The notes below the pieces were generated by a model. The model had not been told where the DNA came from, did no database searches, and worked only from the letters and a program-made list of their open reading frames with translations. Both the position numbers and the translations under genes were made by a program. A stretch of DNA of 64,000 nucleotides, taken from Vulcanimicrobiota bacterium (GTDB lineage: Bacteria; Vulcanimicrobiota; Vulcanimicrobiia; Vulcanimicrobiales; Vulcanimicrobiaceae). Location of the stretch: contig CAWHWQ010000003.1 of the NCBI GenBank assembly GCA_963833095.1, positions 1 through 64,000 of the forward strand, given 5' to 3'. Positions 31,257 through 40,891 of this stretch are shown piece by piece (the first letter of the stretch is position 1; each line of letters starts with the position of its first letter).

Positions 31257-31619
31257 ATGTCACGTGAGTCTTCATCTGGAGGATCCGTCGAGTTCACGGT
31301 ATCTGGACTGACTTTCCTGGGTGAGCAGGACGGGGAGTCAGAGAGGATTCTTAAAGGGCGACTGGCACATCTTTTTGAGACCGACAATTCTGTTGCCACT
31401 GCCTACTTGGCGCGCGCGGTCCTTGGAAATGGGCAGGCCTCCGTGGTTCTCGCATTGCGTGCCGCGCCTCAGCAGGTCGACCTTCTTCTGAAAGAGATCC
31501 ATGAGCAATTCGCGCTCGTGTTTGCTCGATCTGAACATCTGGACATTTTGTTCCTTTCAGAACTACAAGAGACTAAACTTGCGCGTGTTTGCGAGCCTTT
31601 TTTTCGCGGTAACAAGTAG
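31257..31619 (+). CDS. SseB C-terminal-like protein, candidate immunity
   Basis: FLGEQDGESERILK..L..LF...VATAYLAR...LDILFL pattern recalled for SseB_C-like proteins. Confidence 0.55.
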   Translation: MSRESSSGGSVEFTVSGLTFLGEQDGESERILKGRLAHLFETDNSVATAYLARAVLGNGQASVVLALRAAPQQVDLLLKEIHEQFALVFARSEHLDILFLSELQETKLARVCEPFFRGNK

Positions 31620-31703
31620 CCAGTATGGTCGCGTAAACGGAGCAAGATGCCGGGGATCGCGTTCGGCTAGGGATAGCGCTGCTGGGTGTGCGTATAAATG
31701 CTC

Positions 31704-32075
31704 GTGCTTCCAGCGTTTGCTAATCCGCATGAGCTGACCGAGATTGGGGAGCGGCTAGCTCAGGCTCCTGACGACGTCTCGCTGCTTTTTTCGCGTGTCT
31801 GTATCGTTGATTTGCTTGGGCGCAATGACGAGGCAAAAGGTGCCTACATCGAGGTCATCAAGCGCGATTGCGCTCACATCGGTGCCCTGGGGAACCTGGG
31901 GACGTTGCTCTATAACGCAGGTTATCGAAGCGCGGCGCGGCTGACCTACGGCGAAGCACTCAAACACCATCCGCGCGATCTGCGCACGCTGATCAATCTT
32001 GGCAACGCGCTGCTTGAAAATAACGATCTCGCTGACGCACGCGGCTCTACGAGCGCGCGCTTGAGATCGACCCGC
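31704..32075 (+). pseudogene. Truncated copy C of the 5' end of the TPR/ATP-grasp gene
   Basis: LPAFANPHELTEIGERLAQAPDDVSLLFSR...LINLGNALLENN is a diverged copy of the 33875 gene. Confidence 0.85.
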
Positions 32076-32314
32076 TCGATCGAGGATTGGCCAAGTACGA
32101 CAAGTCACGCTCAATGTGACATCCATCGCGAAACGAAGGATATCGCCGAAAGTCACAAGGCAGACGGAACGGATGACGGTAGAGGGCACGATCTCGGAAC
32201 TACGGTCACGTGAGATGGAGATACCCCACATGTGCATGTCGCAGCATCATGCGCCAATTGCATTAGCGCTGGCGATGTTTGCACTACACGATACGGGCGG
32301 ACCTGGATGTTACG

Positions 32315-32553
32315 GCCCACATCCGGGATAGCCGTTAGCGAAGAGGCGGGTGGGTAGAGCTAGTTCGAAGTGATCGTAGCACTGGCCGGGGGCCGAAAAT
32401 AGGTTCTGCCCTCGTGCTGGGGGACTGCTAAGGCCGTTCGCGGCATATAAGCGCTTGTGCTTCCGGAATTTGGTAACCCGCACAAGCTGACCGAAATCGA
32501 GAATCGGCTCGCGCCGGCCGGAAGAAAGGGAATGGTAGGTATTAAACTTGTCG
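32315..32553 (+). repeat. ~240 bp direct repeat, copy 2 (contains short TPR-gene 5' fragment D)
   Basis: Almost identical to 21088-21326; abuts the IS at 32554. Confidence 0.9.
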
Positions 32554-33750
32554 TGACCTGAGGTGGCGTTTTACGCAGCTGATAACTGTGAGAGTTGGTT
32601 GATTTTGAACTGCTCTGCGAACTCCCTTGGCGTTCGATAGCCGAGGGCTGAGTGCGGCCGAACGTCGTTGTAGTCTCGTTGCCAATCTGCGGCCTTCCGC
32701 CGCGCTTCGAAGATCGTCATGAATCGATGCATATTGAACAGCTCGTCGCGGATTTTCCCGTTAAGCGACTCGATGTTCGCATTTTGCGTTGGCTTGCCAG
32801 GCGCGATGAAGTGCAGCTTGATGTCGCGCTCCGCTCCCCAGCGCAGCATCGCGTGGCTCGTGAACTCGGATCCGTTATCGAACCGAATCGTTTCTGGAAA
32901 ACCCCGCTCGAACGCAACCTCCTCGAGCTTACGGATGACGTCGTGGCTGCCGAACGAATAGCCGATCTCCAACGCAAGGCATTCCCGCGTGAAATCGTCG
33001 ACGATATTCATCGAACGGATGTTCCGGTAGTTTCCAATTCGGTCATGCATGAAATCGATCGACCAGCGTTCGTTCGGCCGCGTGACCGGCGCGATGCTAT
33101 TGCCGCGAACGAAGTTCACCTTGCGCTTGCGCCGAGGCCGCACTTGCAGGCCAAGATCGCGGTAAATGCGACGAAAGCGGTGTTCGCCAACGTCAATGCC
33201 TTGACGGCGGAGCATGATAATCAAGCGCCGCCATCCCCAACGAGGTCGCTCGTGCGCAAGATCGTTGATCGGTGTGGCGATCGCGGCTCTCGTCTTTCGG
33301 CTTTCGCGTGTAGTACAGCGTTCGTCGGCATTGCCCAACGAGTGCGCAGGCACGCACTTTCGAAACGCCATGCTCTTCCAACGCCCTCACGGCTTCTTTC
33401 CGCTGCGAGGGCCCCATCCGTTTTTTGAAATCAGGTCTCGCACGGCGTCGACTTCGAGCGTGAGTCGAGCGATGATCCGATCTTTCTTCGCGCTCTCTTC
33501 TTCGAGCTGCTTGAGTCGCGTGAGATCGCTGGTTTCCATGCCGGCGTACCGATCGCGCCAAAGCCGGATGGTATTTGCATGAATGCCGTTCTGTCGTGCA
33601 AGCTCGGCGACGGGAATCGCCCGCATCAAGCTCTTTGAGGACGGCTACGATTTGCGCCTCGGTGAAGCGACTTTTCTTCACGTGAATCTCCTTGGGCCAA
33701 AGGCCCGGGATTCACAGTTTCAACTTGAGCGACTTTGCCACCTCAGGTCA
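32554..33750 (-). mobile_element. IS3-family (IS407-group-like) insertion sequence
   Basis: Perfect IRs TGACCTGAGGTGGC / GCCACCTCAGGTCA. OrfA MKKSRFTEAQIVAVLKE and OrfB DDE motifs. A-run at the orfA/orfB junction near 33421. Confidence 0.95.
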
Positions 33751-33874
33751 AGAGCGCCACGATCGGAGGATATTAGCAGCCGGGCCTGCTGCATCGCTGA
33801 CACACCGCTCCGTTTCCACGCCTGTGTACCGCGTTTAGTCGGGGGAGTTCTGCGTCGGCGGCGTATAGAGCGGT

Positions 33875-35288
33875 ATGCTTCCGGCGTTCGGTAATCCACA
33901 CGAGCTGACCGAGATCGAGCAGCGGCTCGCTCTGACTCCTGATGAAGTTTCGCTGCTGTTTTCGCGTGCCTGCATACTCGATTTGCTCGGGCGCAATGAT
34001 GAGGCGAAAGATGCCTACATCGAGGTCATCAAGCGCGACGGCACGCACATCGGGGCCCTCGGAAACCTGGGAACGCTCCTCTATAACGCGGGCTATCGCA
34101 GTGCGGCACGGCTGACCTACAGCGAAGCGCTCAAACATCATCCGCGCGATCTGCGCACGCTGATCAATCTCGCCAATGCGCTGCTCGAAAACAATGAGCT
34201 CGCCTTCTCGCGGGATTTGTACGAGCGCGCGCTCGAGGTGGATCCGCAATCTTCGCCGGCCCATCAGGGGCTCAGCCACGTTCTCGGCCGGCTTGGCGAG
34301 CAGACGCTCGCAGACGAGCACCGTCGCGCCGGCTTCGAAGCGATGCCCGTCGTCATCAGTGCTTTTCGTGGTGAAGGGTCTACCGGTCTCACTGTTGCTC
34401 CTCGCCTCGGCCTTTCGTGGAAACGTTCCGGTAGACGCTCCGCTCGACGACCATACTTTCCTGACCATCAAATTGTTCACCGACTACTACGAAGCCGATC
34501 TCCCGCTGCCGCCACACGACGTGATTTTCAACGGCATCGGCGATGCGGATCTGTGCCGTTCGTCGCTCGAGGCCGCGCAGCAGTTGCTCGATGCAAACGA
34601 CGCGCACGCGATCAACGATCCGGCGAGTGTCTTGGGAACCGGCCGCGTCGCGATGGCGCAGCGCTTGACGGGCATCGAGGGATTGATCGTGCCGCACATC
34701 GAGGAAATCGACCGACAGGAACTTGATCGCGTTCAGCGCTTTCCAGTGTTGGTTCGGCCACCGGGTTATCACACCGGGGAATTCTTCGAGATGGCGCGCG
34801 ATCGCGATGAACTTGCGCGCGTGGCGGCGACGCTTCCCGGTGAACGCCTCCTTGCGATCGAGCTGCTCGACGCGCGCGGTGGCGACGGGCTCTATCGCAA
34901 GTACCGCCTGCTCTCGATCGGCGGAACCTTGTATCCCGTGCATCTGGCGCGCTCGTCGCAGTGGAAGGTGCATTACTTCTCCGCAGACCAGGTGCGCACG
35001 CCCGAAGCCATCGCGGAAGAAGAAGCGTTTCTCACCGATCCGCGTACGGCGATCGGCGAACGCGCGATGAACGCCATCGAGACGGCGGCGCAGCGAATCG
35101 GCCTGGAGTACTTTGGGATTGATTTCGCGCTCGACCCGCAGGGGAGCGCGCTCTTCTTCGAGGCCAACGCGACAATGCGCGCGGTGGTGCCGGGACCCGA
35201 CGATCTGTCGATCGCCCGCCGCCGTGCGGCTGTCGCGGCCAATGCGGGCTTGCGTGATCTGGTGTTGCGCGCGGCGCGCGCAGACTAA
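33875..35288 (+). CDS. TPR-repeat protein with C-terminal ATP-grasp-like domain (frameshift near 34378)
   Basis: N-terminal TPR helices; C-terminal INDP, FPVLVRP, YRKYR, YFGIDFA and FFEAN motifs. Confidence 0.75.
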
Positions 35289-35581
35289 CGAACCAGCTTG
35301 AGGTGGCCGGTCGCGTAGATGCGCACGTGCGAATCGAAGCGGTGGCTCTTGCCGTCGATACCTTTGACGTGCGAGCGCACCGAGTAATCGACGCTCCCGT
35401 CGTGATGATTGCGCGACATGCCGAGAAAATGCATCAGCGGATGGCCGTTGCGCAGTTCGACCCGCTTGTGGGTGACGAGGAAGTGGGCGATCTTCTCCTG
35501 GACCTCAGGAGCCGGATGAAGTACCGGCATCACTGGAGCCGGGTCAGTCTTGAGTGACGCTTTTCCCTTGAACCAGGACAT
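35285..35581 (-). CDS. Hypothetical His-rich protein (paralog of 35728..36018)
   Basis: RBS GGAGG upstream; shares LMH, DGSVDY.VR and LKL.R with the divergent neighbour. Confidence 0.75.
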   Translation of the reverse strand: MSWFKGKASLKTDPAPVMPVLHPAPEVQEKIAHFLVTHKRVELRNGHPLMHFLGMSRNHHDGSVDYSVRSHVKGIDGKSHRFDSHVRIYATGHLKLVR

Positions 35582-35727
35582 GCCGTTCCTCCTGTCCCTT
35601 TACAATAGCGGTAAAGCGTCCCAAAAGAGTCCGCAATGACGGGTTTCTGCGTTAAGTCGCGGTCAAGTCCGGGCGATCTTTACCATCCCGGCACCACAAG
35701 ACGCGCCGTACTTGAAATAATAGGCGT

Positions 35728-36018
35728 GTGAATCAGTGGTTTTCGAAGCAGTCCACCGCGCCGGCAAAAAGCCCAGCGGTCCCCGCGCATCCGCCGCTCA
35801 ATCTCGAGCACGCGATCAGCGTTCTGCTTTGTCAGCACGGGCGGCTCGAACAGCGCGCCGGACGTCACCTGATGCACTGGGCGGCAACCACCAAGAACGC
35901 CGATGGAAGCGTGGACTATTTAGTCCGCACCCGCGTGCACACCACGCACGGCATGGAACGCAATTTCGAATCCTGCGTGCGCGTCCTCGCTAACCGCACC
36001 CTCAAACTGATTCGCTAG
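35728..36018 (+). CDS. Hypothetical His-rich protein (paralog of 35285..35581)
   Basis: Full-length similarity to the divergent neighbour. Confidence 0.75.
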   Translation: MNQWFSKQSTAPAKSPAVPAHPPLNLEHAISVLLCQHGRLEQRAGRHLMHWAATTKNADGSVDYLVRTRVHTTHGMERNFESCVRVLANRTLKLIR

Positions 36019-36967
36019 CTGATCAGCTCGCGCTCCACCATCACGGTGCGCGGATCGATCAGATGCTTGTTAAGCCCGAGCATATCGGCCGGCACGCCCA
36101 GCGCGAACGCGACCAGTTGCGGAAGATGGAACGTCGGCAGATCGGTGCGGCCCCAGCGCGCGGCCGAATCTTGCTGGTAGCCGTCGAGCGCGAGATGGCA
36201 CAGCGGGCACGGCGTGAGCACGGCCTCGGCGCCATGATCCTTGGCCATGCGCATGTTCTGTCCGACCATGTTGGCGGCGACGTCGTCTTTTTCGAGCTGG
36301 ATGTGGAAGCCGCAGCAGCGCGTCTTGCCGGCGTAGTCGATCGCTTCGCCGCCGATCGCGGCGATGATGTCTTCGAGCGAGTGCGGGTTGCGCGCCGACT
36401 CCCAGCCGTTGACGCTTTCCGGGCGGATGATGTGGCAGCCGTAGAACGGCGCGACTTTGAGGCCGTTGAGCGGGCGCACGACCATCGAGCTGAGCTTGTC
36501 GAGGCCGATGTCGTCGATCAAGCAGCCAGAGCAGGTGGCGAACCGTCACGTTGCCCGAGTACTTGGCGCCGAATTTGCCGAGGATCGAGTTGGCTTGCGC
36601 CATGTGCTCTTCGCTCTCGAGCAGTTCTTTGTTGGCGGCGCGCATGTGGCCCGGTGCAGGTCGAGCAGATCGTGATCACGTCGTCGAGGCCGAGCGCTTC
36701 GGCTTGCGCGTACGTGCGGGCGTTGAGCACGCGCGCCACGTCGCGGTTGACGTCGTTGACGACCGAGGCGCCGCAGCACGACGCCGCGGTGAGTTCGATC
36801 AGCTCGATGCCGAGCTTTTCGGCCAGAAGCATCGTCGAGTTGAAGAGTTCTTTGCACGACTCTTTGGCGACGCAGCCGGGGAAGAAGCCGTAGCGCTTGG
36901 ACTCGCGCGAGCGTGTCTTCTTGTGCGAATCGAGGGCCTGCTCTTCGGGAAGAAGTGTCGTTGACAT
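36015..36967 (-). CDS. HdrB-like CCG-domain subunit of succinate dehydrogenase (frameshifted)
   Basis: FFPGC, SCCGA, ICSTC, FYGCH, RCCGF and PCPLCH motifs across three frames; cotranscribed with sdhAB. Confidence 0.85.
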
Positions 36968-36970
36968 GAG

Positions 36971-37969
36971 TTAAACCGGGACCTCCAGGGACTCGAAAAT
37001 AGTGCGGACTTCGTCGACTTTCGGAATCGGCTTCTGCGAGGGAAGCCCCAACATGGGAGCGGTTCCGCCGACGGCCATCTCAGCCGGCGTCAGCTTGCCG
37101 CGGGCGACCATGCGCAAGCCGAGCGGGGCGACTTTGAGCAGACCGCGGACGTTGAAGCGGCCGACGGTGCCTTGGATGACTTCGGTTTCGGCCAGCATGC
37201 CGGTTTGCTTGATCGTCTTCGACACGACCAGCGCGTGGCGCGGACCGCGCTCGTTCATCATCACCTTGTCGCTGATCGCCGCGCGCTTCACGTCGATGAT
37301 GCGATCGTTGGGATCGACGTGCTTCGGGCAGTACGAGCACGCGTAGCAGTGCGCGCACAGCCACAGGTAGTCTTCGCTGATCTGCGCGATGCGTTCTTTG
37401 CGTTGGCCGTCGCGCACGTCTTCGATGAAGCGGTAGGCGTACGCGATCGCGGCCGGGCCGGCGAACGCCGGATCGACGCTGACGACCGGGCAGAGCGCGT
37501 AGCACGTCGCGCACATCACGCAGTTCGCCACCTCGACGAGCTTCTTCATGTCTTCGGGCGAAACGCGGCGTTCGGTCGGATGATCGGCATCCGCATCCTT
37601 GGGTTGCAGATATGGCTTGAGACGTGAGTACTTGTCCCAGAACGGGTCCATGTGCACGACCAGGTCTTTCATCGGCTGGAAGTTCGGCATCGGATCGACC
37701 GTGATCGAACTGTCGGCCTTGATGACGTCCTTGCAGTGGGTCTTGCACGCAAGCCCCGTGATGCCGTTGATGTTCATCGAACACGAGCCGCAGATCGCCG
37801 AGCGGCACGAGCGGCGGAAGCTGATCGAACCGTCGACTTCGGCCTTGGCCGTCTCGAGCGCGTCGAGCACGGTCGTCGTCTCGGGAACGTCGACTTCGAC
37901 GTGATCGCGATGCGGAACGGTGTCGACGGCTTCGTCGAAGCGGAAGAGATCGAGTTTGATCTTCGCCAT
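36971..37969 (-). CDS. sdhB: Succinate dehydrogenase/fumarate reductase iron-sulfur subunit
   Basis: SCRSAICGSC, CVMCATCYALCP and CAHCYACSYCP motifs. Confidence 0.92.
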   Translation of the reverse strand: MAKIKLDLFRFDEAVDTVPHRDHVEVDVPETTTVLDALETAKAEVDGSISFRRSCRSAICGSCSMNINGITGLACKTHCKDVIKADSSITVDPMPNFQPMKDLVVHMDPFWDKYSRLKPYLQPKDADADHPTERRVSPEDMKKLVEVANCVMCATCYALCPVVSVDPAFAGPAAIAYAYRFIEDVRDGQRKERIAQISEDYLWLCAHCYACSYCPKHVDPNDRIIDVKRAAISDKVMMNERGPRHALVVSKTIKQTGMLAETEVIQGTVGRFNVRGLLKVAPLGLRMVARGKLTPAEMAVGGTAPMLGLPSQKPIPKVDEVRTIFESLEVPV

Positions 37970-37970
37970 G

Positions 37971-39656
37971 TTAGTAGGTTCTCACTTCGGGTTCGAACTT
38001 GGTGATGGTGACGCCGCGCGAGTAGTCGAGACGCGGCGACCCGTCGGCTTGTCGCCACGCGAGCGTGTGCTTCATCCAGTTCGCGTCGTCGCGTTCGGGG
38101 AAGTCGGTGCGCGCCTGCGCGCCGCGCGACTCCGTGCGCTCGAGCGCGCCCTTGGCCAGCGCCAACGCGGCGTCGATGAGGAAGTCGGTTTCGAACGTCG
38201 AGACCAGATCGGTGTTGAACGTCTTGGATTTGTCCATCACGTACACGTTCGCGTCGAACTCTTTGCGCACGCGATCGAGATCTTGCACGGCTTTGGCGAG
38301 GCCCGTCTCGTCGCGGAAGATGAAGGTGTTTTCGCTCATCGTTTCGTTCATCGCGTGGCGCAGCTTCGGCGCGCGCTTGCCGCTGGTGCGCGCGAGCAGG
38401 CCGCGAACGCGGTCTTGCTCGGCTTGAGCGTCTTGTCCGAAGGCGTAACGTCGCCGACCTTCTTGATGTACTCGACCGCGTGTTTGGCCGCGCGCGCTCC
38501 GAAGACGATCGTCTCGAGCAGCGAGTTGCCGCCCAGGCGATTGGCGCCGTGGACGCTGACGCACGCGCATTCGCCGGCCGCGTAGACGCCGGGAACGCGC
38601 GTCGCGCCCCACTTGTCGGTCTCGATGCCGCCCATCGTGTAGTGCGCGCCGGGCAGAATCGGGATCGGCTCGTTGACCGCGTCTTTGCCGGTCGCGTCGA
38701 GCGCGAGTTCGCGAATCTGCGGCAGGCGTTCGAGAATCTTTTCGCGCCCGAGGTGGCGCATGTCGAGCAGCACGCAGCCGTCGACGCCGCGGCCTTCGAG
38801 AATCTCGGTCCACTCGGCGCGCGAGACGACGTCGCGCGAGGCGAGTTCGCCCTTGTTCGGCGCGTACTTGAACATGAAGCGTTCGCCCGCGGCATTGAGC
38901 AGATAGGCGCCTTCGCCGCGCGCGCCTTCGGTCATCAGCACGCCGTTTTCTTTGAGCGTCGTGGGATGGAACTGCATGAACTCCATGTCCATCAGCGGGA
39001 TGCCGGCCTTGTACGCGATGCCCATGCCGTCGGCGGTCGAGGCGTAGCCGTTGGTCGTCTTGAGATACATGCGTCCGGCGCCGCCGGTCGCGAAGATCGT
39101 CGCCTTCGCGGCGATCAGTTCGAGCTCGCCGTTGCGCATGTTGTAGGCGACCACGCCGGTACCGATCCCGTCGTCGATCGCAAGCGCGGTGCAGAAATAC
39201 TCTTCGTAGACTTTGACGCCGAAGCGTTCGAGCTGCTCCCACAGCGTGTGCAGAATCACCAGGCCGGTAACGTCGGCCGAGTAGCACGTGCGCGGGGTGC
39301 CGGCGCCGCCGAAGGGGCGCTGCGCGATGCGGCCGTCGGGCATGCGCGAGAAGATGCAGCCGCGATGTTCGAGCCAGATGATTTGGTGCGGGCGCATCTT
39401 CGCACATCGCTTCGATCGCGTCTTGGTCGCCGAGATAATCGGAGCCCTTGACGGTATCGAAGGCGTGCGCTTGCGGCGAATCTTCCTCGCGGTTGCCGAG
39501 GGCGGCATTGATACCGCCTTGCGCGGCGCCGGAGTGGCTGCGCACCGGATGCATTTTGGAAACGATGGCGACATCGGCACCGCCTTCGGCAGCTTCCACT
39601 GCCGCGCGCATGCCTGCCAGACCGCCGCCGATGACGACGACGTCGTGCTTGATCAT
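37971..39656 (-). CDS. sdhA: Succinate dehydrogenase/fumarate reductase flavoprotein (two frameshifts)
   Basis: [38 protein letters not shown] and ESRGA motifs. Confidence 0.93.
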   Translation of the reverse strand: MIKHDVVVIGGGLAGMRAAVEAAEGGADVAIVSKMHPVRSHSGAAQGGINAALGNREEDSPQAHAFDTVKGSDYLGDQDAIEAMCEDAPAPNHLARTSRLHLLAHARRPHRAAPLRRRRHPAHVLLGRRYRPGDSAHAVGAARTLRRQSLRRVFLHRACDRRRDRYRRGRLQHAQRRARTDRREGDDLRDRRRRTHVSQDDQRLRLDRRRHGHRVQGRHPADGHGVHAVPSHDAQRKRRADDRRRARRRRLSAQCRGRTLHVQVRAEQGRTRLARRRLARRVDRDSRRPRRRRLRAARHAPPRARKDSRTPAADSRTRARRDRQRRGQRADPDSARRALHDGRHRDRQVGRDARSRRLRGRRMRVRQRPRRQSPGRQLAARDDRLRSARGQTRGRVHQEGRRRYAFGQDAQAEQDRVRGLLARTSGKRAPKLRHAMNETMSENTFIFRDETGLAKAVQDLDRVRKEFDANVYVMDKSKTFNTDLVSTFETDFLIDAALALAKGALERTESRGAQARTDFPERDDANWMKHTLAWRQADGSPRLDYSRGVTITKFEPEVRTY

Positions 39657-39699
39657 TGCTTCTTTATACTATCCGGCATGGAGGGGGGTCCCATGACTA

Positions 39700-40838
39700 T
39701 TATCGTGCGGGAGGCTCCTCGCCCTTGGAAGGCTCCTCGCCTTTGGTCCGGGAGTAGAAGCGGTACTGGTTCTTGCCCGCTTGCTTGGCCTCATAAAGGG
39801 CCTCGTCGGCGGCGAAAAAGAGGGTCTGGCCGTCGGTCCCGTCGTTGGGGAACATCGCGACCCCGATCGAGCTGGCCAGGCCGTTGCGGCGCAGCGCCGC
39901 CATGATGCGCTCGACGCCCCGGGCCGTCTGCTCCCTGTCGCTCTGGGCCATGACCATCACGAACTCGTCGCCGGCATAGCGGGCGATGATGTCGCCCTTG
40001 CGGGCGTTCTTCTTGAGCACCTGGGCGAAGCGCTTGAGCGCCAGGTCGCCCAGGCTGTGGCCGCCGGAGTCGTTGATCTTTTTGAGGTCGTCCAGGTCCA
40101 GGATGACGAAGGCAAAGGGCGTGTCGTAGCGCTCGGAGGTGTGCAGCTCGCGCTCGAGCAGCTCGTTCAGCGCCCGCCGGTTCGGGATACCGGTCAAGCT
40201 GTCGGTGTGGGCCAGGCGCTGCGTCTCTTCGAGCAGCCGGCGCGTCTCTTCGTAGAGCCGCGCGTTCTCAACCGCGATCGCGGCTTGCGAAGCAAAGTCG
40301 AGTATTACGCGGAGTTGATTCTCGGTGATTTCGTTGCCCGGCGGATCGTCGGCGTAGAGCATGCCGCGCACGACGTCGCGCGCGACCAGCGGGGCGACGC
40401 AGAACGAGCCGCGCGATCTTCCAGCGGCGAGTCGGGGTCGTCGTGGGTGCCGTATGCGAGCTGCAGGTTGCCGTGTGAGACGTCGGCGAGCGCCGAATCG
40501 GGCCGGAACTCGTGCGGGTCAACGGCGTGATTCACGGTGCCGTTGTCGTCGCACTCGAGCCGGCGAATGATCGTATCGTCCTCGACGACGTCGAAGAGCA
40601 TGACCCGCTTGAACTTGAGCGCCTCGACCACGCCGCGCAAGACCATCGAGAGGATGTCGTTGATCTCGAGGGTCGAGTTGATCGTGGAAAAGACCTGTTG
40701 CAGAACGAAGAGTTCGGCGTTCTGTTGTGCGTACTCGTCCCGCTCGGCCTCGAGGATCGCGATGCGACCGCGCAGCCGCTCGAGCTCGTCAAGGAGTTCG
40801 GCGGCGTCCGGAGGGCCTGCGGACAGGTTGGGGCTCAT
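39700..40838 (-). CDS. GAF-GGDEF diguanylate cyclase (frameshift near 40410)
   Basis: GAF end QAAIAVENARLY, DSLTGIPNRR, RxxD I-site (RKGD) and RYAGDEF. Confidence 0.85.
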
Positions 40839-40891
40839 CGTTTAAGGTAACGTCTAGCTTTCCGGTATTCTTTAGGTCAGGCTACAAAGAT

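Noticed and set aside
19964..33874. Integron or diversity-generating retroelement as the explanation for the cassette array
   Set aside because: I see no tyrosine recombinase, attC-like hairpin series or reverse transcriptase in the window. Differences between repeats do not look adenine-specific by eye.
39955..39990. AGDEF motif as evidence of a dead cyclase
   Set aside because: First-position variants are often tolerated and the other catalytic motifs look intact, so inactivity cannot be inferred.
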